Assembly: GCA_964387275.1 (NCBI GenBank)
Contig: CAYLVW010000003.1
Coordinates: forward strand, 45,796-109,795
Direction: 5' to 3'
DNA: 64,000 nucleotides
Origin: an uncultured Candidatus Saccharibacteria bacterium
Lineage (GTDB): Bacteria > Patescibacteriota > WWE3 > UBA101185 > UBA10185
The notes under the pieces are model-generated. The model saw nothing but the letters and a program-made list of their open reading frames with translations. It was not told where the DNA came from and ran no database searches. Of the stretch, positions 9,417 through 19,627 are shown one piece after another. The position numbers and the translations under genes were made by a program. Positions within the stretch are counted from its first letter, which is position 1. Every line of letters begins with the position of its first letter.

Positions 9417-10447
9417 TATATACCCTTTATAGCAAGACCATAACTTGTTGAGTATATGGGGCCTTGTGCAAATAAATGATCTTTTTGAACCTTAAGTTTT
9501 GGAGAAATTGTAACACCCTTCCAAGGATTTGCTACTTCAACTTCTATATCCAGGTTATTAGCAAAATAAAATAAAATTCCCGGCATTTGGGCAGTGCCTC
9601 CAGAAATAATCATCCTATTTATGGTAACGTTCGGATTATTTGTTGTAAAGAATATTCGGGATCTTTTTATCTCACTAATCATCTGATCGAATAGAGGCTT
9701 GAGTACCTCAGAAACTTTACCCTCAGCTTGACCGGCATCCATACCGTAGGCTTTCTTATACTCCTCAGCCTGTTGATAATCCATTTTTAATTCTTGGGAG
9801 ACTGCTTTTGTAAAAGTGTCACCTCCAATAGATAAATTTCGTGTAAACATAACAAAACCCTTGTATACAATAATTATTAAAGAATAATTAAAACCAATAT
9901 TTAGTATGATAGTGCCATTAGGACTCTGCTCAGTATCCCCTAAAGCTCTTGCAATAGATAAGGTTTCTGGCTCTACAGCAACTGGTGTAAGCTTTGCTCC
10001 TTTTACAATTTCAATATATTTCTCAACAATTGTTTTTTTTGCTGCAACTATCTGAACGTTCATTTTCTCTTTATCAAGCGGGTCAATATCCAGTTTTTGA
10101 TACGAAAGGTTAACTTCTTTCATAGGTAGCGGTATATACTGCTCAGCCTCAAATTTAATGAAATTGGCTAAATCCTTATCATTCATTGTCGGGGTTTTTA
10201 TAACTCTCATAAAAACTTGTTGCTCGGGCAATGAAATTACAACCCTCGGGGAAGAAAAATCAGAATCAACATAAAACTGTTTAAGAGCTTCTGAATAGTT
10301 TTTTATTTCATCTTTGGAATCTGAATCCAAGTTTAGGTGTGGGTTTTCTAAAGAGGCAAACTTATGAAGAGTTGTCTTATCTCGAGATTTCTCAATCTCA
10401 ACTGCTCGAAAGTTGTGTCTTCCTAAGTCTAAACCAATTATGGGCAT
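9416..10447 (-). CDS. pilM: Type IV pilus assembly ATPase-like protein PilM (actin fold)
   Basis: 'IGLDLG' N-terminus and actin-like ASKHA pattern. 343 aa. Confidence 0.8.
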   Translation of the reverse strand: MPIIGLDLGRHNFRAVEIEKSRDKTTLHKFASLENPHLNLDSDSKDEIKNYSEALKQFYVDSDFSSPRVVISLPEQQVFMRVIKTPTMNDKDLANFIKFEAEQYIPLPMKEVNLSYQKLDIDPLDKEKMNVQIVAAKKTIVEKYIEIVKGAKLTPVAVEPETLSIARALGDTEQSPNGTIILNIGFNYSLIIIVYKGFVMFTRNLSIGGDTFTKAVSQELKMDYQQAEEYKKAYGMDAGQAEGKVSEVLKPLFDQMISEIKRSRIFFTTNNPNVTINRMIISGGTAQMPGILFYFANNLDIEVEVANPWKGVTISPKLKVQKDHLFAQGPIYSTSYGLAIKGI

Positions 10448-10470
10448 ACTAAAATATTACATAACAAAAA

Positions 10471-11322
10471 CTAATTAGACAATGGATCAGTGGTAGATCT
10501 TTGTAACAGGGCGTAGTCAAAATCTTGAGGAAGAGCAACGGGTGTCTTTGTTATAGTTAAAGTTTTTTTTGCATCGCCCGAAGTACCTACTATGTCTATT
10601 TGAACCCCTTGCTGAGGTACTGTAAGACCAGTATCTGGAACTATTGTTACTGTCACATCTGAGTAATACGCTTTTAATCTAACTAGTTTTGGGGCTGTTC
10701 TTCCGTCTATCCTAAAGCAGTTTTGATAGGTGTAGAGCGGCGCGGCCGTGGAAAAACCATTAAATGTATTTGTAGAATTAGCTGAATTGTAGGCATAAGT
10801 ATCTGTACCGTAACTGCCGGCCGCGCCGCTAACAAAAATTGCGTACAAAGAAGGGGCTGTAGCACCAGAGCTAGTAGAGTTCCAACAAACCCAAAAATTT
10901 CTGTTATTAGGATAATTGGTCATGTTCACCTCTGAAGAATCAACCCTACCAATTGGCAAAGAATATGTAGCGAGATTACCTAAATATGTAATTATAGCTG
11001 TAGCTGAAGAACTTATACCTCTAGGGTCAGTAACACTCAAGCTACAATTGCCACCACAATTTGTAATATAATTCTCTAGAACCGAGTTATCCTCTGCAAG
11101 TAATCTCTCTGCGAGCGCTTCTGCTACTGCAGTAGCTTTAACATTTGAGTCTCCAGTTGAAAATATTCGCAGAGTTTTGTAAAACTTTTCTGAAACAGAA
11201 ACAACAACCCCTAGGGCTAACATCAATAAAAATACTACAGCCAAAAGGGTCTGACCACGCTCTTCCTTTAAAACTACACTTATCTTTTTAAAAAAACCAT
11301 TTATGATGTAAGTACTTCTCAT
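10471..11322 (-). CDS. PilX_N-like pilus-associated protein (third paralog)
   Basis: N-terminal 'ERGQTLLAVVFLLMLALGVVVSVS' resembles 'SGQALLLVIVSLTVALAVVTSIS' of the two PilX-like cassette genes. Confidence 0.5.
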   Translation of the reverse strand: MRSTYIINGFFKKISVVLKEERGQTLLAVVFLLMLALGVVVSVSEKFYKTLRIFSTGDSNVKATAVAEALAERLLAEDNSVLENYITNCGGNCSLSVTDPRGISSSATAIITYLGNLATYSLPIGRVDSSEVNMTNYPNNRNFWVCWNSTSSGATAPSLYAIFVSGAAGSYGTDTYAYNSANSTNTFNGFSTAAPLYTYQNCFRIDGRTAPKLVRLKAYYSDVTVTIVPDTGLTVPQQGVQIDIVGTSGDAKKTLTITKTPVALPQDFDYALLQRSTTDPLSN

Positions 11323-11334
11323 AACTATACCTGC

Positions 11335-11853
11335 CTAGTAATTACCTCTTGGAACTATAGTATTACTTATTGTGTAGGTTATAGGACTTTGGCCAGCAAG
11401 GGTCGTTTGTGAAAACGTCATATCTAACCTAACACTTTGAATACCATTTACTGTAGTAAGTGTAAAACAATTCGTTCCACAAGTAACAGTAACACTACCC
11501 GCTGAGGAATTATTTTGAGTTAGAGCCACCGTGTTTCTTTGAACCACTCCTGATGTAACAGAATAAGTGACATTAGTGTTACTTGAGTCTACAAAAGTAA
11601 TACTTGTACCACCCCCAGTAACACTACTACCGGCTCTTAGCTCCTTTTCAAGTTTTAAAAAAACGAAGTTTGCTGCTTGCTCAACTTCTGTTGCAATTTG
11701 ATTTTTAGTGTAGGACCTAACTAAAGTCAAAATAACATCAGAAGTAACCCCCACAGAAATTACAAGAAGTGATATTGTTATGACTAACTCCATTAGTGTA
11801 AAACCAGATCTGTTAGCTCTTAATATCTTAGTAAAATTCATTTTCTCCTCCAA
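11335..11853 (-). CDS. Type IV (pre)pilin-like minor pilin
   Basis: Class III signal 'RSGFTLMELVITISLLVI' (G-F-T-L-x-E). Confidence 0.7.
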   Translation of the reverse strand: MEEKMNFTKILRANRSGFTLMELVITISLLVISVGVTSDVILTLVRSYTKNQIATEVEQAANFVFLKLEKELRAGSSVTGGGTSITFVDSSNTNVTYSVTSGVVQRNTVALTQNNSSAGSVTVTCGTNCFTLTTVNGIQSVRLDMTFSQTTLAGQSPITYTISNTIVPRGNY

Positions 11854-12317
11854 TTACTTAAATCGGTGTAAACATATGTGGATCTCTGATTTCCCCCGAT
11901 GTTCCAAGTTACGGTAACGCTTACTCTCACAACCGTATCCGTTAAAGCCACATTACCCCCACTGACATTGGTCACTCTAAAATACCTGGTAACTTGAGGA
12001 CTAGTTCCAGATATAGCCTCTTGACCAGTAGTAACGTTACCAGAACTGTTGTAATAGCAGTTGGAGGTATCACAGTTTTGGATGGTTGTTATAAAACCGC
12101 TCCAACTTGCACTAGAATCTCTGGTAAGTCTTACTCTTTCCAAATATTCATTTGCATACTTCGAAGCTTCAAACATGATTTCTCCCTGAGTTGATGACCT
12201 AAGAGTATAAACGGACAGGGAAACCATTGCAGTAATAACAATAATAGCTACACCTAAAGCTATCACCATCTCAACTAAACCTATACCTTTTTCGTCTTGT
12301 CTAATTAGTTTGTACAT
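11838..12317 (-). CDS. Type IV pilin-like protein (PilV-like, degenerate motif)
   Basis: 'KGIGLVEMVIALGVAIIVITAM' prepilin-like N-terminus with E at +5. Confidence 0.6.
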   Translation of the reverse strand: MYKLIRQDEKGIGLVEMVIALGVAIIVITAMVSLSVYTLRSSTQGEIMFEASKYANEYLERVRLTRDSSASWSGFITTIQNCDTSNCYYNSSGNVTTGQEAISGTSPQVTRYFRVTNVSGGNVALTDTVVRVSVTVTWNIGGNQRSTYVYTDLSNWRRK

Positions 12318-12922
12318 GTAACAGTTGCCGTATTTGTCTGTATGAGACCCGGCGTATTAATAATAACGTTTCTGCAGGTTGCTGAAGTATCTGAGGATCT
12401 TTTAACATTAATACTACAAGTAGAAGTATTACAGTTGATAAAAGCCGTTCCGTTATAAAAAAGCACATCTCCATTTGCAAAACTAAAAAACACACATTTA
12501 TGGGCCGGCCCTGCAATAACTACATCGGAGTTTAACTGTGTACTAGTAGAGGCTGTGGACCAGTTCGCAGCAGAAGTACAAGAACTTGCATTAATAACAC
12601 CCGTAAAAACTCTCCATTGATAAGTATTAGACCCATTACCAAACTTCATACCCCAGTAAGTGGTATTTGTGGTTCTATCAAACTCTGTTCCTGTAAGTGC
12701 TTTATTCTGAACGCTTCTTAAATCACTTTTTACCTGCTCAAGCCCCTGGCTTACATTCTGATTGTTGATGTAAGTATTAAAACTAGGGATCATAGCTGCA
12801 GAGAGAAGGGTAAGTATACCTACAGAAATCATTAACTCTATTAATGTAAAACCTGATTTACTACATATATATCGTGAAATGTATGCAGGGCATTGCATAT
12901 TAAAATGATAGCACAAGACCAC
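12305..12922 (-). CDS. Type IV (pre)pilin-like minor pilin
   Basis: 'KSGFTLIELMISVGILTLL' motif. The true start is probably an internal M. Confidence 0.7.
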   Translation of the reverse strand: MVLCYHFNMQCPAYISRYICSKSGFTLIELMISVGILTLLSAAMIPSFNTYINNQNVSQGLEQVKSDLRSVQNKALTGTEFDRTTNTTYWGMKFGNGSNTYQWRVFTGVINASSCTSAANWSTASTSTQLNSDVVIAGPAHKCVFFSFANGDVLFYNGTAFINCNTSTCSINVKRSSDTSATCRNVIINTPGLIQTNTATVTCTN

Positions 12923-13422
12923 TAATTAATAAGCGTCAAATTGGTGCCTGTTTCAAAAACATCTACGTTATTCCCACCATCTGATACCTCTTTATCCACA
13001 AAGTGCTCTAGATTAGCATTTATTTCGTAGTCAACCCCAAAACAAAAATATGAATATCTATAGGTTAAGTTATTTATTGGATCAATAGGTAACTTTGGGA
13101 TATAGTCAGTCAAATCTTCCACCAACCACCCAAACGTAGATCCAGAAGGCACTGTGTCACTGACTCTAAGTAGAGAGGAATTATCTGGGCAGGTTTTTTC
13201 AACCATTATGTATTGAGATATAGCGGATTCTAAGTAAGCTAGATCAGAAAATCTAACCAAATCCCGAGATTTTGACTTATCTTGTGCGATATTTGAATAC
13301 AAAAGAGCAGAGGTGGCTAAAACCATGATTATACCTACAGAAACAATCAATTCTACTAAGGTAAAACCACTACTGTTTGTAAAATTAGGGGTTTTGAACA
13401 CCATAACAGGAAGTAACTGCAC
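12922..13422 (-). CDS. Type IV (pre)pilin-like minor pilin
   Basis: 'SSGFTLVELIVSVGIIMVLA' motif. Confidence 0.7.
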   Translation of the reverse strand: MQLLPVMVFKTPNFTNSSGFTLVELIVSVGIIMVLATSALLYSNIAQDKSKSRDLVRFSDLAYLESAISQYIMVEKTCPDNSSLLRVSDTVPSGSTFGWLVEDLTDYIPKLPIDPINNLTYRYSYFCFGVDYEINANLEHFVDKEVSDGGNNVDVFETGTNLTLIN

Positions 13423-13894
13423 CGCACGAAGTAATAGTGGCCCAGTTACTTAGGGAATTACATGCAGAAGCTGAGGAAGAATTGGTTTCTGTTCTTGCGG
13501 TTAAAACATATCTTGTAGCAGGGTTTGTTGTTCTATAACCATAATAGTATGTAGTGCCAGTATAGTCGCTGCAAGGATTTGGAGTCCCTGGTACTGAACC
13601 ACCACTAGGATCTGTTGGTAGGGAAGAAGCATAATTTGGAGATAACCCTGCAATTGCAGACGCATTGGACCAGCTAGCAGAAGATGGATAAATTCTATTA
13701 TCTTGAAAATAAAGTTCTAGGGCTGTTTGTAATTTTCTAAGATCAGCTATTCTTTGAGAATCTCTGGCTTTCTGTCTATATCCACCAGAATTTAGTAAGT
13801 TCAAGGCAACTCCAGATAAAATTGCTATGATTAAAACAACAATTAACACCTCTATTAAAGTAAAACCTTTTCTATTTCTGCTTATTAGTTGCAT
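13385..13894 (-). CDS. Type IV pilin / pseudopilin (GspG/PilE-like)
   Basis: 'RKGFTLIEVLIVVLIIAILSGVAL...QKARDSQRIADL' canonical pilin N-terminal helix. Confidence 0.75.
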   Translation of the reverse strand: MQLISRNRKGFTLIEVLIVVLIIAILSGVALNLLNSGGYRQKARDSQRIADLRKLQTALELYFQDNRIYPSSASWSNASAIAGLSPNYASSLPTDPSGGSVPGTPNPCSDYTGTTYYYGYRTTNPATRYVLTARTETNSSSASACNSLSNWATITSCGAVTSCYGVQNP

Positions 13895-14460
13895 GTTACT
13901 CCATCCAAATTAGTACATCCCGCAGCACTAAATCCAGTCCCCGCACTAGAGCATTGATTAGTGCAACTCCTCATAACTTTTCCTTTACAGGAAGAGGAAG
14001 TGACAGCATCCGGATTCATATATTTATAATAAGTTGTTGTTACTGATGCCATAGGAACACTTAAACAAAAATTAGAAGAATTACTATAATACCTGTACTC
14101 CTGTCCAGATACATTAGTACTAGGCCAAGAAACAATAAATCGCCCTATTTCTGCAAGTTCAGATGAATTTGTATTAGTAAAAGGGTTGTAATCGCTATCA
14201 GAGTCTGTAGCAGGTCTGCCGCTAGAGGCAAAAAAAGACTCAAATCCCTGTGCTAACTTACTCATAGTCGAAGCCCTTACGGAATCAGTGGCAATATCTC
14301 TTTGCCTATTAACATTTATAGTTGAGAGCAAAATCCCAGACAACACACCAACAAGTGAGATAACAATTAGTAATTCGATTAGCGTAAAACCTGAATTTTT
14401 ATACATAAATTCTTTTAAAAAGTGGTTATCTCGTGCACTAGATAACCACTTGAAAAACAA
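13885..14460 (-). CDS. Type IV (pre)pilin-like minor pilin
   Basis: 'KNSGFTLIELLIVISLVGVLSG' motif. Confidence 0.7.
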   Translation of the reverse strand: MFFKWLSSARDNHFLKEFMYKNSGFTLIELLIVISLVGVLSGILLSTINVNRQRDIATDSVRASTMSKLAQGFESFFASSGRPATDSDSDYNPFTNTNSSELAEIGRFIVSWPSTNVSGQEYRYYSNSSNFCLSVPMASVTTTYYKYMNPDAVTSSSCKGKVMRSCTNQCSSAGTGFSAAGCTNLDGVTCN

Positions 14461-14466
14461 TCTACA

Positions 14467-15063
14467 TTACAAGGCTGTACAGTTCTGAGCAGCTGTATCA
14501 CAAAGATACATTCTTGAATCCGCACTGCTGTAAACGAATACGTTCGTGGAACCCCAAGCTCTAGCCATCAATCTAAAAGTCGTAGTAGTGTTTGTGAAAG
14601 CACAAGCACCACTTTGGTCAGCACCTGTAGTAGCACTACCGCAATATCTGTAATAACACTGGTTTGCACCAGTACCACCCCAGCCGTTAGCACCACAAGC
14701 ATTAGTACCACCAACAGCTAAAGGTTGGCTTGATAGAGCGAACTGACAGTCAGCATCTGTTGCGGTACCACAGGTGGCACCGTTTGCTGTAACTCCAGTA
14801 AGTCCAGATAATACTTCGGTTTCATTAGGAATTCTTCCGTAAGCAGAAACAAATCCAGCAGTAGCTAAAGCTAGTTTGTTCATGGAAGCTCTGACGTTTG
14901 CATCTCTAGCTCTATTTTGCTGAGTTGTAGGATCTATAACGGCAATTAAAACTCCCGCTAAAATACCAATAATTACGATAACTATTAAAAGCTCGATAAG
15001 GGTAAAACCTGCTGTATCAGGGACCAATTTTACTTTGGTTTTGTGTAACAATTTGTTAAGCAT
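14467..15063 (-). CDS. pilA: Probable major type IV pilin (PilA-like)
   Basis: 'TAGFTLIELLIVIVIIGILAGVLIAV...NRARDANVRASMNKLA'. Gly/Thr/Ala-rich C-terminus with 4 Cys. Locally elevated GC suggests high expression. Own 170-bp upstream region with a TTGACA-like element. Confidence 0.7.
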   Translation of the reverse strand: MLNKLLHKTKVKLVPDTAGFTLIELLIVIVIIGILAGVLIAVIDPTTQQNRARDANVRASMNKLALATAGFVSAYGRIPNETEVLSGLTGVTANGATCGTATDADCQFALSSQPLAVGGTNACGANGWGGTGANQCYYRYCGSATTGADQSGACAFTNTTTTFRLMARAWGSTNVFVYSSADSRMYLCDTAAQNCTAL

Positions 15064-15233
15064 TGTTACACCCCCTCTCTAAAATAAGCAAACTATTGAA
15101 TTTTTTGCTTAGTAATTTGACTAACATTTCTGGGCAGATGAATGGAAATTAGTTCAAATTCATCTTTCAAAAGTATGAACTTATAAAAGTTGTGTGTCAA
15201 TGAAATAATAATTAAACTATACGTAAAATCTAA

Positions 15234-16157
15234 CTAGGGAAGAGCATTACCACCGTTGTATATACCAAAGCTGTACATACTAGGTAAAAACGGGTATGAC
15301 CTAAAGACACTCACTGTCTTGGTAGCAGACACATTTGAGCTCCCACTAAGCTCACCAATGGATTCGATCAAATAGCCTTGTTGGGGTATGGTAGAACCGC
15401 CCCTACCCTCAATCCTAATGTCAGCATCAGCACCTAAAACCAAAATTCTTAATCCATACATGTTATTCCCGGATATCCTAGTGCTTACATTACTTACTCC
15501 ATTAACAAAAGTCCCAGTACTTATACTCCCATTGAGGGTACCACTAGAGTTATCAACTAATGAAGCAGAACAACCAGAATTTGGGCAATACAATTGTTTC
15601 CAAGCCAAAGTAGAAGTCATAGTACCTGTATAACCAAGTATAAATACTGAGGGTTGCAAAGAACCCGATGTAGCTCTCCAATATACATCTACCCCTGTAC
15701 CTGCATACGTACTGAGATTTAGTTCATAGGTTTCATCTTTTTTTACACTAGTTTCAAAAGATGTACCACTTGGGTAGTTAGTTACTGATACGTATGCGGT
15801 AGAACTAACAGTATCTGGAGAAATTGGAGCAAATGTTACAGTGCATCTATCTTGAGCAGAGTCATACCCAGCTCCGGCATTTGTACAACTTGTGACATTA
15901 GCGTCTGTTGCAACTGAAGCCAACTGAGAGGTAGATAAATTTAGGAATCTCTCAGCCCCACCTTCAGCAGCTGCAGAAACTCTATATGAGGTATCAGTTT
16001 GGGTAATCCTGGAGATAGAGGAGAGATTTCTAACAGAAATGCTTGTTACTACAGCTAACGCCACAGTAAGACTGACTATTACAAGTAACAAGGCCTGCCC
16101 AGAGTCATTTTTGGCAGACTTAATGTATTTACTTATATGTAGGCACAAAATTTTCAT
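15234..16157 (-). CDS. PilX-like protein, cassette A
   Basis: 'NDSGQALLLVIVSLTVALAVVTSISVRNL' PilX_N-like N-terminus. About 60% identical to ORF 19628-20542. Confidence 0.6.
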   Translation of the reverse strand: MKILCLHISKYIKSAKNDSGQALLLVIVSLTVALAVVTSISVRNLSSISRITQTDTSYRVSAAAEGGAERFLNLSTSQLASVATDANVTSCTNAGAGYDSAQDRCTVTFAPISPDTVSSTAYVSVTNYPSGTSFETSVKKDETYELNLSTYAGTGVDVYWRATSGSLQPSVFILGYTGTMTSTLAWKQLYCPNSGCSASLVDNSSGTLNGSISTGTFVNGVSNVSTRISGNNMYGLRILVLGADADIRIEGRGGSTIPQQGYLIESIGELSGSSNVSATKTVSVFRSYPFLPSMYSFGIYNGGNALP

Positions 16158-16160
16158 AAA

Positions 16161-18902
16161 CTAATTCCCAACCCATGATACATTATTAACAAAAAGTCCG
16201 TTTGTGTTAGGAGAAGATGCATTTCTTTCTCTATTTGTAAGACCATACAGATATTGACCATTAAACCTTACATAAGTTGCAGGGTAGACATTTGCTGTTT
16301 GTCTATTTCTTGCGAAATCAACAGTAGACTTACTATACAAAAATCCATTTATGTATAAAGATAAGTCATCCACAGGATTTTGAGTTGTTATTGTTATAGT
16401 TCTATCATTCAAGGCTATAAAACCTACCCCCAAATTTGGGGTTCCTGAAGGTGATGGTGTTAGGTCCCCAAGGGTTGGATCTATTGTCAAGTTCTGAACA
16501 GCAACAAATACTATTCTTTCATTTATTGCTGCCGATCTTATAGGTCTCGCAATCCTTAATGTAGAAGCACCAGAGGTATCCCCAATGTAAACTACACCAA
16601 CATAGTCAGAACTGGATAGGTCATATGTTGCAACACCAGAATCATCAGCCCAATCATTAAAATCTGAGGTATTCATCCAGTAACATCTTGATGGATCCAG
16701 CTGAGAGTTTAATTGAGTTTTTGTAATCTGATTAGATAAACACGAAGATGGAACAGTGCTTTGATAATCTGATGGCCACAAAGTTGAAGAAACAGAATTT
16801 GAAATGTTCAAGTAACCCCCGTTATTTTGGTTTAAACTATTAGAGCTAACTGTATCATTTGATATAACAAAGCCGGATCCGGATATACTGTCTGTATCAG
16901 CTAATAGATATGAAGCAAAACCACCAGCAGGTGAGCCAGGTATAGTAATAGTTAAACCATTATTAGTGTATACATCCCCATCAAAGACTGAAATCCATGA
17001 AGGGAGGTTGTTTTGGGCAAAACCTAGTCGCCAAGTATTAAGATTACCATTAACAGTAACCCCAGATCCTAAAGATATGCTATTTGCACCACCAGATACT
17101 GAATACTCATTACCATTACCATCTATACTGTCAGTATCTACACAAGTAAGTCTATAAGTATTACTTCCAGATGGGCTCATTGTGGAAGTCATAGTTGTAA
17201 TTGATGTTCCTTGAGGAACTTGAGGTACAGACCAGTTACTTCCGCTGGAAGTTCCGGTATAAGCATTTGCTGAAACCGCCGATATATTACCAAGAGCAGG
17301 CCCCCCGGTTCTTGGAGTACAAGCTGTTGTTGTCAAAAATGATGAACCAGAAACAGTATATTTAGGAGGTCCTACATTTATTGTAATAACATCGTTTGCT
17401 GTCGAGTAGTTACTAGCGGCGTTCCTGTCACACCTGTAATGAAATGCCATAGTTCTGTTGTACCAAGAACCCCCATTGTATTCACTATTACAAGGCTTGA
17501 TACTGTCAATGGTACTAACGTAAATCTCATACGTACCAGAAGGCAATCCTGTAGTGTTGTAAGTGAATACATTTGAACAGGTAGTTGAACCCGCAGGACA
17601 AGCAACAGTTCCAATATCCACTGGAAAAACAGGATTACTTCTATACAGTCTTAAAAACTGCACATAGTTACCAGTGTAAGCATCATCAATATTTAAATCA
17701 CTGCCGTTTACTGTAAGGGTCAAAATGTCACCAGACGATATTGAAACGTTTCTGGAGACTTGAGCAACACCATTTACGAGAAACCCGTTGTCTATAGAAC
17801 CTCTCGTTACTGAATTCAAATAAATGTTAACCTTATCTGCTAAACCTGCGAATCTGTCACATTTAGCAAAAGGGGAGTCAAACGGACTCAAACTCCCAAT
17901 TGCTACATTACCAGAGCATTGATAACCTCTTATATCATATCCATTTACTACAGCTTCCCACTTTGCAGCAGTAAGAAGATCGGCCATAGTAGGTGTCCAA
18001 GAAACTGTTGTCATAGAACAAAGTCCAGATCCATAAACACAGTTGTAAGCTGAAGGATTCCAAGCAACCCACCCCCCTCCACCGGGCGTGCAATTTGCAG
18101 TAGTTGCGTTACAAGGCCTTCTTGCTACTAACATACTAGACATCCCATTCTGTGGATTTCCAGTGTTGGTATCTTGAGCTATGGCAGTCATAGTTTGAGG
18201 AAAGTCTGCAATATTTATCTGATCATTAATATTTACAAAGGCATCTCTAAGTTCTAATCCTGTGGTATCCCAGGTAAAATCTAGTCTGGCAGTAGGTGGA
18301 GTGGCTTTATGAAATGACCCAATCACACTTCCACAATAAACACCACCCGCATATGCAGAAGCTCCCAAATAAGCGTCTGCTACAATTCTATTATCAGCCT
18401 GGTTCGTTGGATGAAGTTCAAGTTGATCTGTAACTCTCCATACACCACCACCCATATTCGTAGCAGAAAGTATTCTTTCATCATCTTTATTATTTAAAGG
18501 TGACCAGATGTGGAACCAAACACTGCCTGTATTAGCGACTCCGTTTGCCTGCATTGTATATGCCCCAGAGTCCTGATTGAAATTAAGAGTAGGTGCAGTA
18601 ACACCAGTACAGGTAGGTGCAACAGCTCCAAGATCTACAGTGTATTTTCCAGGTGTATTGTAAGGACAGGAGTTATCGCAAATACCCCCACTAGCAACAA
18701 CTTCACACCTGTTTGAAGGAACGCCACCAGAGGTACAGGCAACGTTATTACAAGAGTTACATCTGTAGTTTCTTCCTGCATTTGTCCAAGTATCTCCGGG
18801 ATTGTGCCCTTGACAACTATCACAAGCATTAACGAATTTTGGAATAAAAACCGTAGAGGTCAAAATCACTATTGTATATATAAGTGCCTTACTTGTTCTC
18901 AT
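16161..18902 (-). CDS. Giant secreted Cys-rich protein, cassette A (candidate pilus-tip adhesin)
   Basis: 913 aa. Signal peptide then 'CDSCQGHNPGDTWTNAGRNYRCNSCNNVAC'. Paralog of 20524-23301 with conserved N-terminus (~250 aa) and C-terminus and a divergent core. Confidence 0.6.
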   Translation of the reverse strand: MRTSKALIYTIVILTSTVFIPKFVNACDSCQGHNPGDTWTNAGRNYRCNSCNNVACTSGGVPSNRCEVVASGGICDNSCPYNTPGKYTVDLGAVAPTCTGVTAPTLNFNQDSGAYTMQANGVANTGSVWFHIWSPLNNKDDERILSATNMGGGVWRVTDQLELHPTNQADNRIVADAYLGASAYAGGVYCGSVIGSFHKATPPTARLDFTWDTTGLELRDAFVNINDQINIADFPQTMTAIAQDTNTGNPQNGMSSMLVARRPCNATTANCTPGGGGWVAWNPSAYNCVYGSGLCSMTTVSWTPTMADLLTAAKWEAVVNGYDIRGYQCSGNVAIGSLSPFDSPFAKCDRFAGLADKVNIYLNSVTRGSIDNGFLVNGVAQVSRNVSISSGDILTLTVNGSDLNIDDAYTGNYVQFLRLYRSNPVFPVDIGTVACPAGSTTCSNVFTYNTTGLPSGTYEIYVSTIDSIKPCNSEYNGGSWYNRTMAFHYRCDRNAASNYSTANDVITINVGPPKYTVSGSSFLTTTACTPRTGGPALGNISAVSANAYTGTSSGSNWSVPQVPQGTSITTMTSTMSPSGSNTYRLTCVDTDSIDGNGNEYSVSGGANSISLGSGVTVNGNLNTWRLGFAQNNLPSWISVFDGDVYTNNGLTITIPGSPAGGFASYLLADTDSISGSGFVISNDTVSSNSLNQNNGGYLNISNSVSSTLWPSDYQSTVPSSCLSNQITKTQLNSQLDPSRCYWMNTSDFNDWADDSGVATYDLSSSDYVGVVYIGDTSGASTLRIARPIRSAAINERIVFVAVQNLTIDPTLGDLTPSPSGTPNLGVGFIALNDRTITITTQNPVDDLSLYINGFLYSKSTVDFARNRQTANVYPATYVRFNGQYLYGLTNRERNASSPNTNGLFVNNVSWVGN

Positions 18903-19494
18903 ATATCACGCTAACGAATTTGGTAGTAATTCCCGTCGACCTTGAAGTAACACTGTATTCGACAAACTTGACCATCCTACCAACTAAAACGCCTGCTGAA
19001 TCTTTATATATATTAGTGTATAAAACACTTTCAGGACTATCCCAATTATCAACCTGTACTAGTAATAAGTTTTGTTGTACAGGATTAGTTGAGGAGAGTG
19101 TAGTAATATAGTCATCAAAAGAATAGGGAATTAAACTGTAAATATTTCCATCGCTACTGGAAATCGTGAGTCTGTCATTTTCATAGGATTTAACGTTACC
19201 TTCTATAGAAGTTGATGTCTGCAAAGACTCTTTTAAGAGAGAGATATCATCAACAAAATTAAAATTTGAACTCTGTGTAGTCTCAATAGATTTATTCATC
19301 TCCAAAATTAGTTGAGACCCATCCGGAATATCCTTACTCACAGATCTAGGAACAAAATTTAAGTAAGTTATGTCAATAATTCGGAAGTAAACTAAACCTA
19401 AAAGCAGGGCCATCATAAGAAACACAAAAAGAATTATTATTCTAAACCCAATAAAACCTTTTAAATTAGGATCAATAGGAGCTGGCATTATCAT
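18889..19494 (-). CDS. Small single-TM protein, cassette A (degenerate pilin-like N-terminus)
   Basis: 'NLKGFIGFRIIILFVFLMMALLLGLVYF'. Paralog of 23276-23884. Confidence 0.5.
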   Translation of the reverse strand: MIMPAPIDPNLKGFIGFRIIILFVFLMMALLLGLVYFRIIDITYLNFVPRSVSKDIPDGSQLILEMNKSIETTQSSNFNFVDDISLLKESLQTSTSIEGNVKSYENDRLTISSSDGNIYSLIPYSFDDYITTLSSTNPVQQNLLLVQVDNWDSPESVLYTNIYKDSAGVLVGRMVKFVEYSVTSRSTGITTKFVSVIYENK

Positions 19495-19627
19495 CTATAA
19501 TACTCGTATAAAAAGGAACGCGTAAAGAGTTTATTTTGCAACAATAAAGATTTTGACAGCAACCTTAAGAGAAAGTGAAAGCTTTACCCACTGGAAAAAG
19601 TTACTAATTCTTACCTTAAGGCAGGGG

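Noticed and set aside
15064-15233. A -35/-10 promoter call upstream of pilA using the 'TTGACA' element.
   Set aside because: The spacer to the nearest TATAAT-like hexamer ('tataag' or 'taagtt') is 9-11 nt, which is non-canonical. I kept it as a note in the finding rather than a promoter feature.
18510-18716. Antisense ORFs inside the giant adhesin genes (18510-18716 and 22870-23064; likewise 18635-18829 and 22995-23228) are paralogous to each other and look conserved.
   Set aside because: Their conservation is fully explained by the conserved sense-strand coding sequence of the duplicated giant genes. They lack RBS and start context and are mirror-frame artefacts.
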